From Candidatus Subterrananammoxibius californiae (GTDB lineage Bacteria > Planctomycetota > Brocadiia > Brocadiales > Subterrananammoxibiaceae), in the NCBI GenBank assembly GCA_030586555.1, contig JAURAC010000009.1:1915-55990 (forward strand): 54,076 bases of DNA, read 5' to 3'. The position numbers and the translations under genes were made by a program. Positions 19,197 to 29,943 of the stretch are shown one piece after another; the first letter of the stretch is position 1; every line of letters starts with the position of its first letter. Below the pieces are notes generated by a model. The model was given only the letters and a program-made list of their open reading frames with translations, searched no databases and had not been told where the DNA came from.

Positions 19197-20318
19197 TTAT
19201 CTATCCACATCACCCATCACAATATCTATACTACCAAGTATAGCTACTACGTCTGCAACCTTCCACCCCTTCGCTATCTCCGGGAGGACGGAGAGATTGG
19301 AGAACGAGGGAGACCTTATCTTTAGTCTGTAAGGTTTATTTGAGCCATCGCTTACTAAATATATCCCAAGTTCTCCCCTCGGAGATTCTGTCCTTGAATA
19401 AATCTCGCCAGGTTCTATCCTGAGATTTGGCATAAGACCATTGTTAGCCTCTCCTGGCGGTATCTTTTCGATTGCCTGCTCGATTATACGTATAGACTGC
19501 CGCATTTCTTCTATTCTAACATTGTATCTGTCCCAGCTATCGCCTGTAGTGCCTGTTGGTATATCAAATTCAAATTCTGGATATATCGAGTAGGTTTCGT
19601 CTTTCCTTAAGTCCCATTTTACTCCACTGCCTCGCAGATTTGGTCCTGTTACGCCGTAGTCTATCGCCATATCCTTTGGCAATATGCCGACGTTTTTGGT
19701 TCGTTCTAAGAAGATTATATTGTTGGTAAGCAGGACGTCGTACTCATCAATCTTTTTCTTTAGGTCTGGAAGGAAGCTTTTTAATGCAGGCGTAAACTCT
19801 GGGGGAATATCCTTTGAAACCCCTCCAAATCTGAAGTAGCTATAGGTGAGCCTTGCCCCGCATGTCATCTCGAAGAGGTCAAGGATTTTCTCCCTTTCCC
19901 TGAATGCGTAAAGGAACGGGGTGAATGCACCGAGGTCAAGCCCATAAGTGCCCATCCAGAGAAGGTGGCTTGCAATGCGGTTAAGCTCCAGCATGATTAT
20001 GCGCAGAAATTCTGCCCTTCTTGGAACAGGAATATCTGCCAATCTCTCTACCGCAAGCACGTATGCCATGTTTGACGCCATGGCGCAGAGATAATCAATC
20101 CTATCAGTGTAAGGAATGAACTGAAGATACGTCCTGTTCTCTGCAATCTTTTCCATACCGCGGTGGAGAAAACCGATATCTGGAACAGCAGAAAGGATTA
20201 CTTCACCATCCAATTTAAGCATGAGCCTCAAGACCCCATGGGTACTGGGGTGTTGGGGCCCCATATTTACTATAAATTCTTCTGTATCTAAAAGCTTTTC
20301 TTCAACAACCATAATCAC
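19197..20318 (-). CDS. nuoD: NADH-quinone oxidoreductase subunit D
   Basis: NMGPQHPSTHGVLRL, GFLHRGMEK, DRIDY and GDVDR; no NiFe-binding CxxC motifs. Confidence 0.96.
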   Translation of the reverse strand: MIMVVEEKLLDTEEFIVNMGPQHPSTHGVLRLMLKLDGEVILSAVPDIGFLHRGMEKIAENRTYLQFIPYTDRIDYLCAMASNMAYVLAVERLADIPVPRRAEFLRIIMLELNRIASHLLWMGTYGLDLGAFTPFLYAFREREKILDLFEMTCGARLTYSYFRFGGVSKDIPPEFTPALKSFLPDLKKKIDEYDVLLTNNIIFLERTKNVGILPKDMAIDYGVTGPNLRGSGVKWDLRKDETYSIYPEFEFDIPTGTTGDSWDRYNVRIEEMRQSIRIIEQAIEKIPPGEANNGLMPNLRIEPGEIYSRTESPRGELGIYLVSDGSNKPYRLKIRSPSFSNLSVLPEIAKGWKVADVVAILGSIDIVMGDVDR

Positions 20319-20333
20319 ACATACTCATGGGTA

Positions 20334-20365
20334 CACGGACAAACAAGTTTGTCCGTGCCACCTAC
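20334..20365 (-). repeat. REP family A copy between nuoC and nuoD
   Basis: Minus strand GTAGGTGGCACGGACAAACTTGTTTGTCCGTG. Confidence 0.85.
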
Positions 20366-20367
20366 CA

Positions 20368-20841
20368 TCAAGCATATTCAGGCTTTTTTGTAACCTTGTC
20401 GCTTACAAAGTCTTTGCGTAAGGGATAAGCCGTCCACTCATCGGGTAGGAGTATTCTTCTTAAATCGGGGTGATTTAAGAACTTTATCCCAAACATATCA
20501 AAAACTTCTCGTTCAAGCCAATCCGCTGCCTTCCATACGGAAGAGACGGACTCAATCTCGGGATTATCCCTATCAAGTGCTACCTTTAATGTAAGTTTAT
20601 GGCGCTTTTGCATGGAAAAGAGATGATATACCAGACCGAAGCCATTATCTCCGGCATCCACTGCGGTAAGACACATAAGGGCGTCAAACCTGAGTGTATC
20701 AGCATTTTTCAGAAAGCTTGACAACCCGACAATCTTATCCTTTTTCACCGTCAAGGCTAACTCACCCTTATTTTCTACCTCTGAAACATCAGATGGAAAT
20801 CTTTCGAGGATTAATTTTTTAATCTCTTCCTTTTCCATCAT
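20368..20841 (-). CDS. nuoC: NADH-quinone oxidoreductase subunit C
   Basis: [26 protein letters not shown] and PLRKDF. Confidence 0.95.
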   Translation of the reverse strand: MMEKEEIKKLILERFPSDVSEVENKGELALTVKKDKIVGLSSFLKNADTLRFDALMCLTAVDAGDNGFGLVYHLFSMQKRHKLTLKVALDRDNPEIESVSSVWKAADWLEREVFDMFGIKFLNHPDLRRILLPDEWTAYPLRKDFVSDKVTKKPEYA

Positions 20842-21335
20842 AAACCCTTCTTTATTTTTTCTTGCAGCTTCATAAGGCCGTAAAGCAGCGCCTCTGGATT
20901 TGGTGGGCAGCCGGGGACGTGTACGTCAACGGGTACAATCTGGTCAACCCCTTTAACAACGGTATAAGAATCGTAAAAGAAGCCTCCGGCGCCTATGGCA
21001 CAGCTTCCCATGGCAATAACATATTTTGGCTCAGGCATCTGCTCGTAAAGGAGTTTGAGCCTTTTTGCCATCTTTTCAGTTACAGTTCCTGCCACTATCA
21101 TCACATCCGCCTGTCGTGGTGAAGGACGGAAGACTCCGGCGCCAAACCTATCGAGGTCAAACCTTGATGCGCCGGTTGCCATCATCTCAATTGCGCAACA
21201 GGCAAGCCCGAACGTCATGGGCCACAGGGAGGACCGCCTTGCCCATCTAAAGATATAGTCTATCGGGGCTATTATTATGTTTCCACCCGGTATTTTTGCA
21301 ACGTGCGTCAAAATATTTTCATCTTTTATATCCAT
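20838..21335 (-). CDS. nuoB: NADH-quinone oxidoreductase subunit B
   Basis: [16 protein letters not shown] and VPGCPP; start corrected to ATG 21335. Confidence 0.95.
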   Translation of the reverse strand: MDIKDENILTHVAKIPGGNIIIAPIDYIFRWARRSSLWPMTFGLACCAIEMMATGASRFDLDRFGAGVFRPSPRQADVMIVAGTVTEKMAKRLKLLYEQMPEPKYVIAMGSCAIGAGGFFYDSYTVVKGVDQIVPVDVHVPGCPPNPEALLYGLMKLQEKIKKGL

Positions 21336-21688
21336 CTTAATACCCCTTTGCGCCAGGCATAAAAAAGACCAAGAATAAGTATTGCAATAAAGATAAACAT
21401 CTCTATAAGGGCAAACATGCCGAGACTTCTGAATACGACTGCCCAAGGGAAGAGAAAAATCATCTCAACGTCAAATATTACAAATATCAGGGCAAATATA
21501 TAATACCTGAAATTATACTGCACCCACGACGTGCCAACCTTTTCTTCTCCGCATTCATAACTTGAAAGTTTTTCCACAGTTGGCTTACTGGGCGCTAAGA
21601 GCCATGTTAAAAACAGGCTGATGAGTACAAATACAATCCCCGCAGCCATAGCTAAAAGTACGTAACCATAATCGCCAACCATTGTCAT
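21326..21688 (-). CDS. nuoA: NADH-quinone oxidoreductase subunit A
   Basis: KLSSYECG and [12 protein letters not shown]. Confidence 0.95.
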   Translation of the reverse strand: MTMVGDYGYVLLAMAAGIVFVLISLFLTWLLAPSKPTVEKLSSYECGEEKVGTSWVQYNFRYYIFALIFVIFDVEMIFLFPWAVVFRSLGMFALIEMFIFIAILILGLFYAWRKGVLRWI

Positions 21689-21735
21689 TACCCCTTAACA
21701 ACTAAAAAATCTTCAGATACTTTAATATTGATTTA

Positions 21736-22497
21736 TTAACCTTCTTTTGTAACTTCCTCAACCAACCTTACATCGTTAGTAGAAAACCCCTCGCCGAGGT
21801 ACAATTTTCTTGCAAGAGGGTCTGCTAAAATCTGTTGAGTAGTTCCTTTTGAAATAATTACCCCTTCACTTATTATATACGAATGGTCTGTAATACTCAA
21901 GGCCTCACGAACGTTATGGTCTGTAATTAGTAAACCAATACCCTCGCTTTTTAAACGCAGGGTTAGTGCTTGAATCTCAGAGACGGCGATGGGGTCTATT
22001 CCAGAAAAAGGTTCATCAAGAAGGATGAGTGAAGGTGAAGTAGATAGTGCCCTCGCCATTTCAAGACGCCTCTTTTCACCGCCAGAAAGTGTATAAGCCT
22101 TCTTTTTTGCCAGAGAAGTTAAGCCAAACTCATCTAACATTTCGGCGAGCCTCGTGTACCTTTCTTTATGACCGTATTGGCGCATTTCGAGGATTGCCAG
22201 GATATTTTGTTCCACAGTCAGACGTTGAAACACGGAAGGTTCCTGAGAGAGATAACCCATCCCTTTTCTTGCTCGCTTGTAGATGGGAAGATTCGTTACA
22301 TCTTCGTCTCGAAAGAAGACCTTGCCGCTATCAGGTCTCACAATGCCTATTATCATGTTGAAGGCTGTGCTTTTGCCTGCGCCGTTTTTGCCCAGAAGTC
22401 CAACGATTTCACTGCTATCCACCTCTATGGTGATGTCATTAACAACTACTCGTTTACCGTAAGCCTTTATTAATTCCTGTGCTTGTAATAACGCCAT
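21736..22497 (-). CDS. lptB: LPS export ABC transporter ATPase
   Basis: GLLGKNGAGKS, LSGGEKRRLE, DEPFSGIDP and LITDHNVRE. Confidence 0.92.
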   Translation of the reverse strand: MALLQAQELIKAYGKRVVVNDITIEVDSSEIVGLLGKNGAGKSTAFNMIIGIVRPDSGKVFFRDEDVTNLPIYKRARKGMGYLSQEPSVFQRLTVEQNILAILEMRQYGHKERYTRLAEMLDEFGLTSLAKKKAYTLSGGEKRRLEMARALSTSPSLILLDEPFSGIDPIAVSEIQALTLRLKSEGIGLLITDHNVREALSITDHSYIISEGVIISKGTTQQILADPLARKLYLGEGFSTNDVRLVEEVTKEG

Positions 22498-22542
22498 ATT
22501 TTGCTTTGCGCCTGCATTACGGGCGCCCTTTTGACCCTTAAA

Positions 22543-23952
22543 TTATCTGATGAATTTAATTGTTCTGGGCGGCCAGAAGGTAAAAAATGCCTTCCCTACA
22601 AGATTCTTTTCCGGGACAAATTTCCATACACGGCTGTCATTGCTGCTTGAACTATTGTCGCCCAGAAAGAAGTATTCTCCATTTTCAAGCTTAATGGGCT
22701 CGTCAACGCCCCAGTTATGTGGCGAATCAGTATAGTAAACGTCAGTAAATATCTCAACATTACTAAATGTGGTGGAAGTGTCGGCGCTTCCAAGCTTGAT
22801 TGTACTTTGATGATTGCGCACAGCATGCGGAGGTTCGTTCTGTGCATAATCATAAGAAAATACAACCTGTCCATCCAGAAGAAGCGTTAGCATATCGTCT
22901 ACGTTGGAAAACTCTATTTTGTGTTTTTTGCCGGGTTCTATATACGAACCTGAATCACTCTTCAAAATAGCGCCAGACCTTTCTAAATAACTTTCCTGAG
23001 TACAACCCTTTGAACGAATAAAGGCTATGTATCGCTCACCGTCTTCTTCTATTACCGCAGCAATACCACCAGAATCTTTGGTAGTTTGGACATCAAACCT
23101 TATCATAAGGTCGCCAACCGTGTCTTCACCAGTTCCGCTATTATACCCCGAATGGTTTGTAATGGGTCTTCCAAAGGAAACAAACGAAAGTTCGGTTGCC
23201 TGAGGAGCGTCATTTTCTGTGTGAAATTTAATAGCCTTTTCTTCGTTCTTCCATTGGCTATTCCCGCCAATCCAGCCCGTAAACATTTTACGCTTAGAAG
23301 GATAGTTACTGTTATAAACGGGCACCCAGAGCGTATTCTGAACTTCGGGTGGTTTCCGCTGTATGTGGTTATTTATGTAAAGGTCGCCATTTATAACTCG
23401 CAACGTTTCACCAGGCAGCCCTACGAGGCGCTTGATGTAATTCTTCTGCTTCTTTCGCAACCTTGTTGAACCACAATTGGGGCACTTCATACCTTCACGC
23501 CATTCAACATCGTCCCTCTTATACGAACATGACTTGCAAGTAACATCATACCTCGGATACTTAAAAACTAATACATCCCATCTTTTGGGGGTTGGTTTAG
23601 TAAATCTGTAAAAGATTTTATTTACAAGTATCCGGTTCCCGCTACGGCTTCCGAGATTGTGTGTATTTATCTTGTACATGCAATTAGGGCAGAAGGCGCT
23701 CGTACCTTCATTGTCGTTGTGATAAAACCTCCAGGTGCAATTAGGGCACTTAATATCATTGTGAGCGCCAAGCAGGGTTGGTGCCATGGAGCCGGTGGGG
23801 ATTTTGAACGCCTCCACAACAAAAAATCTCATTGCAAGGGCAAGGGCAACTGCAATCAGTATTGATTCAATATTTTCACGGATAAACCCCTTGCGCTTCT
23901 TGGGTTTTTCTTTTGAAATGGGTTTTATTTCTGCTTTTTTAATCTTTTCCAT
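22543..23952 (-). CDS. lepB: Signal peptidase I with zinc-ribbon insertions
   Basis: IPTGSMAPTL (Ser), YIKRLVGLPGE (Lys), GDNSSSSNDSR; four CxxC motifs. Confidence 0.9.
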   Translation of the reverse strand: MEKIKKAEIKPISKEKPKKRKGFIRENIESILIAVALALAMRFFVVEAFKIPTGSMAPTLLGAHNDIKCPNCTWRFYHNDNEGTSAFCPNCMYKINTHNLGSRSGNRILVNKIFYRFTKPTPKRWDVLVFKYPRYDVTCKSCSYKRDDVEWREGMKCPNCGSTRLRKKQKNYIKRLVGLPGETLRVINGDLYINNHIQRKPPEVQNTLWVPVYNSNYPSKRKMFTGWIGGNSQWKNEEKAIKFHTENDAPQATELSFVSFGRPITNHSGYNSGTGEDTVGDLMIRFDVQTTKDSGGIAAVIEEDGERYIAFIRSKGCTQESYLERSGAILKSDSGSYIEPGKKHKIEFSNVDDMLTLLLDGQVVFSYDYAQNEPPHAVRNHQSTIKLGSADTSTTFSNVEIFTDVYYTDSPHNWGVDEPIKLENGEYFFLGDNSSSSNDSRVWKFVPEKNLVGKAFFTFWPPRTIKFIR

Positions 23953-23954
23953 TG

Positions 23955-24191
23955 TTATCCAATAGACACGTAGTCAATAACCGGTGTTTCGATAACTTTA
24001 TCCGGTTTTTGGTTCTGCCAGATGGCGTTTTGAATTTTCTCCACTGTTTCAGGTGAGTATAGTCTTTCTCCGCATTGCAAACACTCTCTCGCTGGCACAT
24101 GTTCTATAATATGCAAACGCCCCTTGAACTCGATAGTATAGGAGACTTCTCGTTCTACTACTGAACCACCACAAAGGTCACACTTCATCAC
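23955..24191 (-). CDS. YgiT/MqsA-type zinc-finger protein, putative antitoxin
   Basis: CDLC...VPARECLQCGE. Confidence 0.8.
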   Translation of the reverse strand: MMKCDLCGGSVVEREVSYTIEFKGRLHIIEHVPARECLQCGERLYSPETVEKIQNAIWQNQKPDKVIETPVIDYVSIG

Positions 24192-24494
24192 TTACCTCCT
24201 AATCTCAAAATCGGTCCATAATTCTGGGTCTGGTTCGTAGATGGTTATTATCTTAACCAACGGACGAGATGGATAACTGCATTGAACATGAATGGGTCTC
24301 CCATTAGTGGTCTTGCCGTAAATAAGACAACGTGGACCGTATTTATCATCGGGATAATTTTCTATTATTTTACCATGTTCGATAGCTTCTTGGACTTCTT
24401 TGGTTGAAATCATACGCACTACGCTCTGGTCTACTGCATGTTGTGAATACTCATATAAACCCTTTTGTATTTTCCCGATAATCTCATCTATCAT
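24192..24494 (-). CDS. DUF4258 protein, putative toxin
   Basis: SQHA, IIENYPDDKYGPRCLIYG, GRPIHV and ITIYEPD; abuts the zinc-finger gene. Confidence 0.8.
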   Translation of the reverse strand: MIDEIIGKIQKGLYEYSQHAVDQSVVRMISTKEVQEAIEHGKIIENYPDDKYGPRCLIYGKTTNGRPIHVQCSYPSRPLVKIITIYEPDPELWTDFEIRR

Positions 24495-24622
24495 TCATTT
24501 ATTAGATTCTCAATTCACAGCCATAAGCTCTATCCTTTTATAGGGCATCCCTAAGCCAATTACACTTGACTCGTTTATATCAGAAGTACGTTTGAGTATC
24601 CATCCATTTCCCTCTCCAGAAA

Positions 24623-26419
24623 TTATTTATTCACCCCCAGCACGGAGAGGAATGCCTCCTGAGGAATTTCGACGTTGCCTACGCTTTTCATCCGTTTTTT
24701 CCCCTCTTTTTGCTTCTCAAGCAGTTTTCTTTTACGGGTTATGTCGCCGCCGTAACATTTTGCTGTAACGTTCTTCGCAATTGGCCTGATAGTCTCACGC
24801 GCTATAACCCTGCTTCCTATTGCGGCCTGGATTGGGATTTCAAAGAGGTGGCGTGAGATTTCCTGTTTTAGCTTTTTAACCAGTTTTCTGCCCCTTATTT
24901 CTGCTTCCTGTCTGTGGACAATGGATGAAAGGGCATCCACCTGCTTACCCCCTACAAGGATGTCCAATTTAACTAAGTCGGCAGCTTCGTAGCCGACAAA
25001 TTCGTAGTCCATCGTTCCATAGCCTCTGGTCGCAGATTTTAACTTATCGTAAAAATCAAAGATTATCTCGCTGAGCGGCACATCGTAGGTAAGGATTGCC
25101 CTTGTCTCGCTCAGGTATTCAGTACCCTTATATCTTCCGAGTCGCTCCTCGGCTAAATGCATTATAGCCCCAATATACCCTACTGGAAGCACGAACTTTG
25201 CCCTGACGATTGGCTCTCGTAATTCCACAATCTCATTTGTAGGAGGCAGCTTTTCGGGATTGTCTATCTTAATCACCTCGCCGCTCGTTTTCAGAATCTC
25301 GTAGTTCACACTCGGAGCGGTTTGCACAAGACCTACGTTACTTTCTCTTTCGAGGCGCTGCTGAACTATCTCCATGTGAAGCATGCCAAGAAATCCGCAC
25401 CTGAAACCAAAACCCAGCGCTTGTGAAGTCTCAGGTTCATAGGTAAACGATGAATCGTTTAATTGCAGTTTTTCTAATGCTTCCCTGAGCGGATAAAAAT
25501 CTGTGTTATCCGCAGGATATAGCCCGGAGTAAACCATTGCTAAGGGTTTTCGATATCCAGGCAAAGGGTTGGCTGCCCTGTTGTTGCTAAGGGTGACAGT
25601 ATCGCCAACTTCTACATCATGTATGGATTTAATATTGGCAGCGCAATATCCTACCTCGCCGCTTGAAAGTATGTTACTCTGGGTTGCCTTTGGTCTGAAC
25701 ATCCCTACCTCAGTTACCAGAAAGGTACCTCCCTTTTTCATGAAGGTAATTTCGTCCCCTACCTTTACCGAACCGTCAAAGATACGAATATAAACAATGA
25801 CACCGCGATACTCATCATAAACGGAGTCAAATATAAGAGCACGTAGTGGACTATCAGGACTCCCCGTAGGAGGTGGGACTCGGTCAATTACCGCATCAAA
25901 AATGTCGTCAATATTTTTCCCTTCTTTGGCGCTTACGTATAAAATATCCTTTGGAAGGACACCAAGTATTTTTTCCATCTCGGATGCTACTTCTTCAGGC
26001 CTTGCTTGCTGTAAATCAATCTTGCTTATAACGGGGATAATCTCGAGGTTGTGCTCCATGGCGAGATAGGCATTTGCAACGGTCTGCGCCTCTACCCCTT
26101 GAGATGCATCTACAAGGAGCAACGCTCCTTCACATGCCGCAAGACTGCGCGACACCTCGTAACTGAAATCTACATGACCAGGGGTGTCTATCAAGTTCAG
26201 ACAATATTCGATTCCATTTCTCTTGTGTTTTAAGGCGACTGCGCTTGCCTTTATTGTGATTCCTCGTTCACGTTCGAGGTCCATGTCATCAAGCACCTGG
26301 TCGCGAAATTCACGCGGTGAGATAGCCCCCGTCCTTTCAAGCAACCTGTCTGCCAGGGTAGATTTTCCGTGGTCTATGTGCGCAATTATACAAAAATTCC
26401 TGATTTTTGAAACATCCAT
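24623..26419 (-). CDS. lepA: Elongation factor 4
   Basis: [20 protein letters not shown] and [25 protein letters not shown]. Confidence 0.98.
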   Translation of the reverse strand: MDVSKIRNFCIIAHIDHGKSTLADRLLERTGAISPREFRDQVLDDMDLERERGITIKASAVALKHKRNGIEYCLNLIDTPGHVDFSYEVSRSLAACEGALLLVDASQGVEAQTVANAYLAMEHNLEIIPVISKIDLQQARPEEVASEMEKILGVLPKDILYVSAKEGKNIDDIFDAVIDRVPPPTGSPDSPLRALIFDSVYDEYRGVIVYIRIFDGSVKVGDEITFMKKGGTFLVTEVGMFRPKATQSNILSSGEVGYCAANIKSIHDVEVGDTVTLSNNRAANPLPGYRKPLAMVYSGLYPADNTDFYPLREALEKLQLNDSSFTYEPETSQALGFGFRCGFLGMLHMEIVQQRLERESNVGLVQTAPSVNYEILKTSGEVIKIDNPEKLPPTNEIVELREPIVRAKFVLPVGYIGAIMHLAEERLGRYKGTEYLSETRAILTYDVPLSEIIFDFYDKLKSATRGYGTMDYEFVGYEAADLVKLDILVGGKQVDALSSIVHRQEAEIRGRKLVKKLKQEISRHLFEIPIQAAIGSRVIARETIRPIAKNVTAKCYGGDITRKRKLLEKQKEGKKRMKSVGNVEIPQEAFLSVLGVNK

Positions 26420-26479
26420 AAGATTATTTGTCCTCTGTTACAACATACAACAACTATATCCTTACGCAGAATTTAAAAA

Positions 26480-26507
26480 GTAAGGGCGTATTACAATACG
26501 CCCCTAC
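26480..26507 (-). repeat. GTAG-type REP palindrome (family B)
   Basis: Minus strand GTAGGGGCGTATTGTAATACGCCCTTAC. Confidence 0.8.
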
Positions 26508-26672
26508 TTGATATAGGCAGCATGTTTTAGTGCACTAATAACTCAATTTTAACAAAGACCATTCGTAAAGTCAACTGAAGAAGACCACAAGAGCAATGAT
26601 TTGCGAAATCTTGGAATGATGGAAGTGAAGAAAAACACAAACACCAGAAAATTTGCCAGAAATCTATTATTT

Positions 26673-27089
26673 TTAAACTAATCTATCCAGTAGTTGAATA
26701 TAACCTCTATCTTTTGCTCTGGCAAAATAATCCTTATCTGCCGTGATAAATCTTCCATTTTCTCTAATAGCTATGGCGTGATAAGCAGCGTCGTAGAAAG
26801 TAACTCTTTTTTCTCTTACAAGTGCCAGGATAATATTCAACAACGACTCCGTTACCTTTACTTCAGTGAACTTGTAACCTGCAAGCCTTTTCATAATATC
26901 AAAGGCAAGATTTGGTTCCCTCCTGCTTATGATATTACCAACCTCGAAAAACCAGAGAGAAGGTAAAACTATATCGTATTTCCCCTCCAGCCAGCCTGTT
27001 AGGATTAAAAGTGCCTTTTTTCTGCCGACTTCATTATCCCGTAAGACCCATTTCAAGATTACAGATGCATCGGGTACAACAAGTTCCAC
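26673..27089 (-). CDS. vapC: PIN-domain (VapC-like) toxin
   Basis: VPDASVILKW, EVGN, TFYDAAY and ITAD. Confidence 0.85.
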   Translation of the reverse strand: MELVVPDASVILKWVLRDNEVGRKKALLILTGWLEGKYDIVLPSLWFFEVGNIISRREPNLAFDIMKRLAGYKFTEVKVTESLLNIILALVREKRVTFYDAAYHAIAIRENGRFITADKDYFARAKDRGYIQLLDRLV

Positions 27090-27094
27090 AGTGT

Positions 27095-27331
27095 CTAACG
27101 TCTCCTTCTATCTTTTTTTAACTCTTCAACAATTTCTTTAGTAGAAACAGGGTGTGTGCGGGAAGAAATATCCAGCAATTCGCTTGTAAGCTTCTTCCTT
27201 TTCAATAAAAGGAGCTCTTTCTGCAGGGCATCATTTACTACCCTGCTCCTTTTGCCAGGAGGAATTAAGGTTTCCAATTCCTTTCTTACCTCTTCATCCA
27301 GAATAAAAAGCATTTTTTTTGCAGTTGTCAT
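27095..27331 (-). CDS. Putative ribbon-helix-helix antitoxin paired with the PIN toxin
   Basis: Small basic ORF (RSRVVNDAL) directly upstream of vapC; AT-rich inverted repeat near 27350-27369. Confidence 0.7.
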   Translation of the reverse strand: MTTAKKMLFILDEEVRKELETLIPPGKRSRVVNDALQKELLLLKRKKLTSELLDISSRTHPVSTKEIVEELKKDRRRR

Positions 27332-27474
27332 ATACACCCCCATCAATAGTATATATAAAAAGTATATATCAAGAAGCTATATAATTCAACAGGAAAATCT
27401 TAAAAGATAGATAAATATTTTCTATTCGGGAAAGGAAAAATTTTAAGACTTGTATTTACTAATATTAAGTACGA

Positions 27475-28500
27475 CTAAACTACCAGTTCCATAAGTTCAA
27501 TTCTGTTCTTGTCATTCGTCCCGAGACCTAACTGGGCAGCGCCTTTGATGTACCTTGCTCTGTGTGCTATAGATGTAAATTTGTTCTCAAGCCGCTTTTT
27601 CTCTATAATTTCAAGCCCTATCTGGTCTATTGCAACGGGGTCTGTACCAATAAAGACTGCCTCCTCATTCCACATAGTGTTCGGGGTCATGTATGCAGGT
27701 CCGCCGGCAAAGCATGCCTGTAAACAATCGAGGATGTGTAATCTTACCTTGCTCCTGAGCATTGGGTGACTGTACACCTCAGCCATCATCGGGTCTCCGT
27801 AAAATGGGTCGGGATGAAATCTCGGTGCGTTATTTACACTTCCAAAGGTTATATTTTTCATGCAGAGGGTGACTCCTGTGACAGGATGGTCTTTCATCAC
27901 GGGTACATTTATAATGGCGGTTACGTGCTTTGTAACGATGTTGCTGAAAAGCGACTTGCAATCATCTTCCTCACGCAATCCGGGTTCATCCTCATCGGTT
28001 TCGTAAAACACGTCTTTATCGTAACCAGCCGTTGGCTCTGTTGCATAGCAGCGAACGCCTCTTTCACTGGTATTAATAGGGTAGCCTGCCTCTAAGAGAT
28101 ATTTTTCTTCCTTGTCCCACACGATTATATTATTCTCCTTAACGCCTGTTAGCATTAATCCCTTGACGATGGCATTGACCACCTCTGGATTTGTGGAAAG
28201 TTTCCTGCCGCCGATAGGGTTTATTTTTATACCCACAATGTCGGAAGGCGAGACAATACTCTTCCACGCCTCGGTTATGTCTTTCTTTCCTGTAAAGGCA
28301 ACCAGCCCGCTCTCTATCATTTTTTCAACAACTGTAGGGGCAGGGCTTGCCCTGCCCTCTATCACGCCATGACCTGTTACCTTGACAACCTTGCTTTTAG
28401 GTGCTTCGAAAGAATCGCCATTTGTTGTGTAATGAATACCGAGGGCGCCTAATGTGGCAATTTTAAGAAAAGCCCGTCGGGTTATGTTATAATTCTCCAT
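27475..28500 (-). CDS. Tat-exported DUF362-domain protein, paralogue of 7642-8709
   Basis: TRRAFLK twin-arginine motif; VGIKIN, IINVPVMKDH and DPVAID. Confidence 0.8.
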   Translation of the reverse strand: MENYNITRRAFLKIATLGALGIHYTTNGDSFEAPKSKVVKVTGHGVIEGRASPAPTVVEKMIESGLVAFTGKKDITEAWKSIVSPSDIVGIKINPIGGRKLSTNPEVVNAIVKGLMLTGVKENNIIVWDKEEKYLLEAGYPINTSERGVRCYATEPTAGYDKDVFYETDEDEPGLREEDDCKSLFSNIVTKHVTAIINVPVMKDHPVTGVTLCMKNITFGSVNNAPRFHPDPFYGDPMMAEVYSHPMLRSKVRLHILDCLQACFAGGPAYMTPNTMWNEEAVFIGTDPVAIDQIGLEIIEKKRLENKFTSIAHRARYIKGAAQLGLGTNDKNRIELMELVV

Positions 28501-28503
28501 TCC

Positions 28504-29544
28504 CTATCGCCTATTGCCTATTTTATACCTTCGCAGTGACTTCAATAAAATATTTAAATCCTTTGGTACTGGTGCCTCGATTGTAACACGCTTATCGCCT
28601 GAAGGCAAATCGAGTGTTAGTCTAAAAGCATGTAATGTCAGGCGGGATATTAATGGCGACTCTCTAACATCGTCCTTAGACTTATAACCCTTTTTTAGCT
28701 CAGATAGGTATAGAGCATTCCTCCTGCCATAAATTGGGTCAACGCTGAGGGGATGCCCAATTGCTTTCATGTGTACCCTTATCTGGTGCGTTCTGCCTGT
28801 TCGGGGGAAAATACTTAACAGGGCAAATCCCTCAAATTGCTCCATCACCTTAAATTCTGTTAGTGAAGGCTTTCCATGCAAATAGTCTATCTTCATTCTG
28901 CCAGGTCTAATCTCACCAATTGGTAATTCAATGCGACCAAATAAGGCTGAAGGCTGAGGGCTGAAGGCTGAGGGTTGAGGGCTGTCTTTTTTTAACTCAC
29001 CATCAACAATACCGACGTACTCCTTTTCAATAAGTCTGTTTTCGAACTGCTTCGTTAGCGTACGTTTTGTATCAATATCCTTTGCAATAACAATTACGCC
29101 GCTTGCGTCCTTATCTAATCTATGAACTAATCTGGGTCTTACATCACTCCTTTCCTTTGAGATTGGGGACACATTAGAAAGATAATATACAAGACTGTCT
29201 AAGAACAAGCGTTCTGTGCATCCCCTTTCTGGAACGACAGGTACCCCGGCAGGCTTGTTCACCGCCAGAAGGCTTTCGTCTTCGTAAAGCACGTCTAATG
29301 GGAGTAAGGCTGAAGGCTGAGGGCTGAAGGCTGAAGTCTTGAGGGGTAAGGAAGAGGTAATGGTTATTATATCGCCGGCATAAACAAACTGACTCCATGA
29401 GGTTCTTTTCCCGTTTAATCTTACAAGTCCTTCTTCAACCAATTTTTTCAGGTGTCCTTTAGAATACTGTAAGAACTTTACAGCGAGGAACTCATCAAGC
29501 CTTATACCATCGAGTTCCTGTACGATTGTAAAAGTAGAATTCAT
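28504..29544 (-). CDS. RluA/RluD-family pseudouridine synthase with two in-frame heptamer-repeat insertions
   Basis: S4 domain, VNKPAG, HRLDKDASG and GRTHQIRVH; SAFSPQPSAL occurs twice; start set at ATG 29544. Confidence 0.9.
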   Translation of the reverse strand: MNSTFTIVQELDGIRLDEFLAVKFLQYSKGHLKKLVEEGLVRLNGKRTSWSQFVYAGDIITITSSLPLKTSAFSPQPSALLPLDVLYEDESLLAVNKPAGVPVVPERGCTERLFLDSLVYYLSNVSPISKERSDVRPRLVHRLDKDASGVIVIAKDIDTKRTLTKQFENRLIEKEYVGIVDGELKKDSPQPSAFSPQPSALFGRIELPIGEIRPGRMKIDYLHGKPSLTEFKVMEQFEGFALLSIFPRTGRTHQIRVHMKAIGHPLSVDPIYGRRNALYLSELKKGYKSKDDVRESPLISRLTLHAFRLTLDLPSGDKRVTIEAPVPKDLNILLKSLRRYKIGNRR

Positions 29545-29943
29545 ATTATTATAATAAAAATATTTTCTATAACATGCCAGAAAAATTCTTGACAATCCCC
29601 CTTTTAGGATTATATTATAAGCCGCAAATGGTGGACTATATGTTTGTTGGCTCAAAGACAGGCCGTAGCTGGACATTTAAGAAAGCAAAATTTCGTTGTT
29701 TTCCCTTAAAAGAGCCATTTAAGTGCTCGTGTTAATAGAAGAAAGATATGACAAAGAAGGGGATAATAGCATTATAGTTATTTGAAATTTTAAATAAAAC
29801 CAAAACGGGATTTCGAGCTTGGAATTTTGGATTTTTTTCAGGATTTTAGCTTTAGAATTTGGGGTCTAACATCCACTTGTCACTCGGTTTTACTGTAAAA
29901 CGCGTTCAATACAAACCCGAACACGAAAAAGGAGAAAATCAGC

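Noticed and set aside
19197..21335. Group 4 NiFe hydrogenase instead of complex I
   Set aside because: The large subunit lacks both Ni-binding CxxC motifs and has the NuoD quinone-site residues; NuoB has the tandem CC.
22543..23952. Large zinc-ribbon signal peptidase as a novel fusion
   Set aside because: Long LepB proteins with CxxC insertions are common in planctomycetes.
24500..24622. Possible HicA remnant (LER.NGWILKR) between lepA and DUF4258
   Set aside because: Too short and needs a frameshift; cannot be supported without a search.
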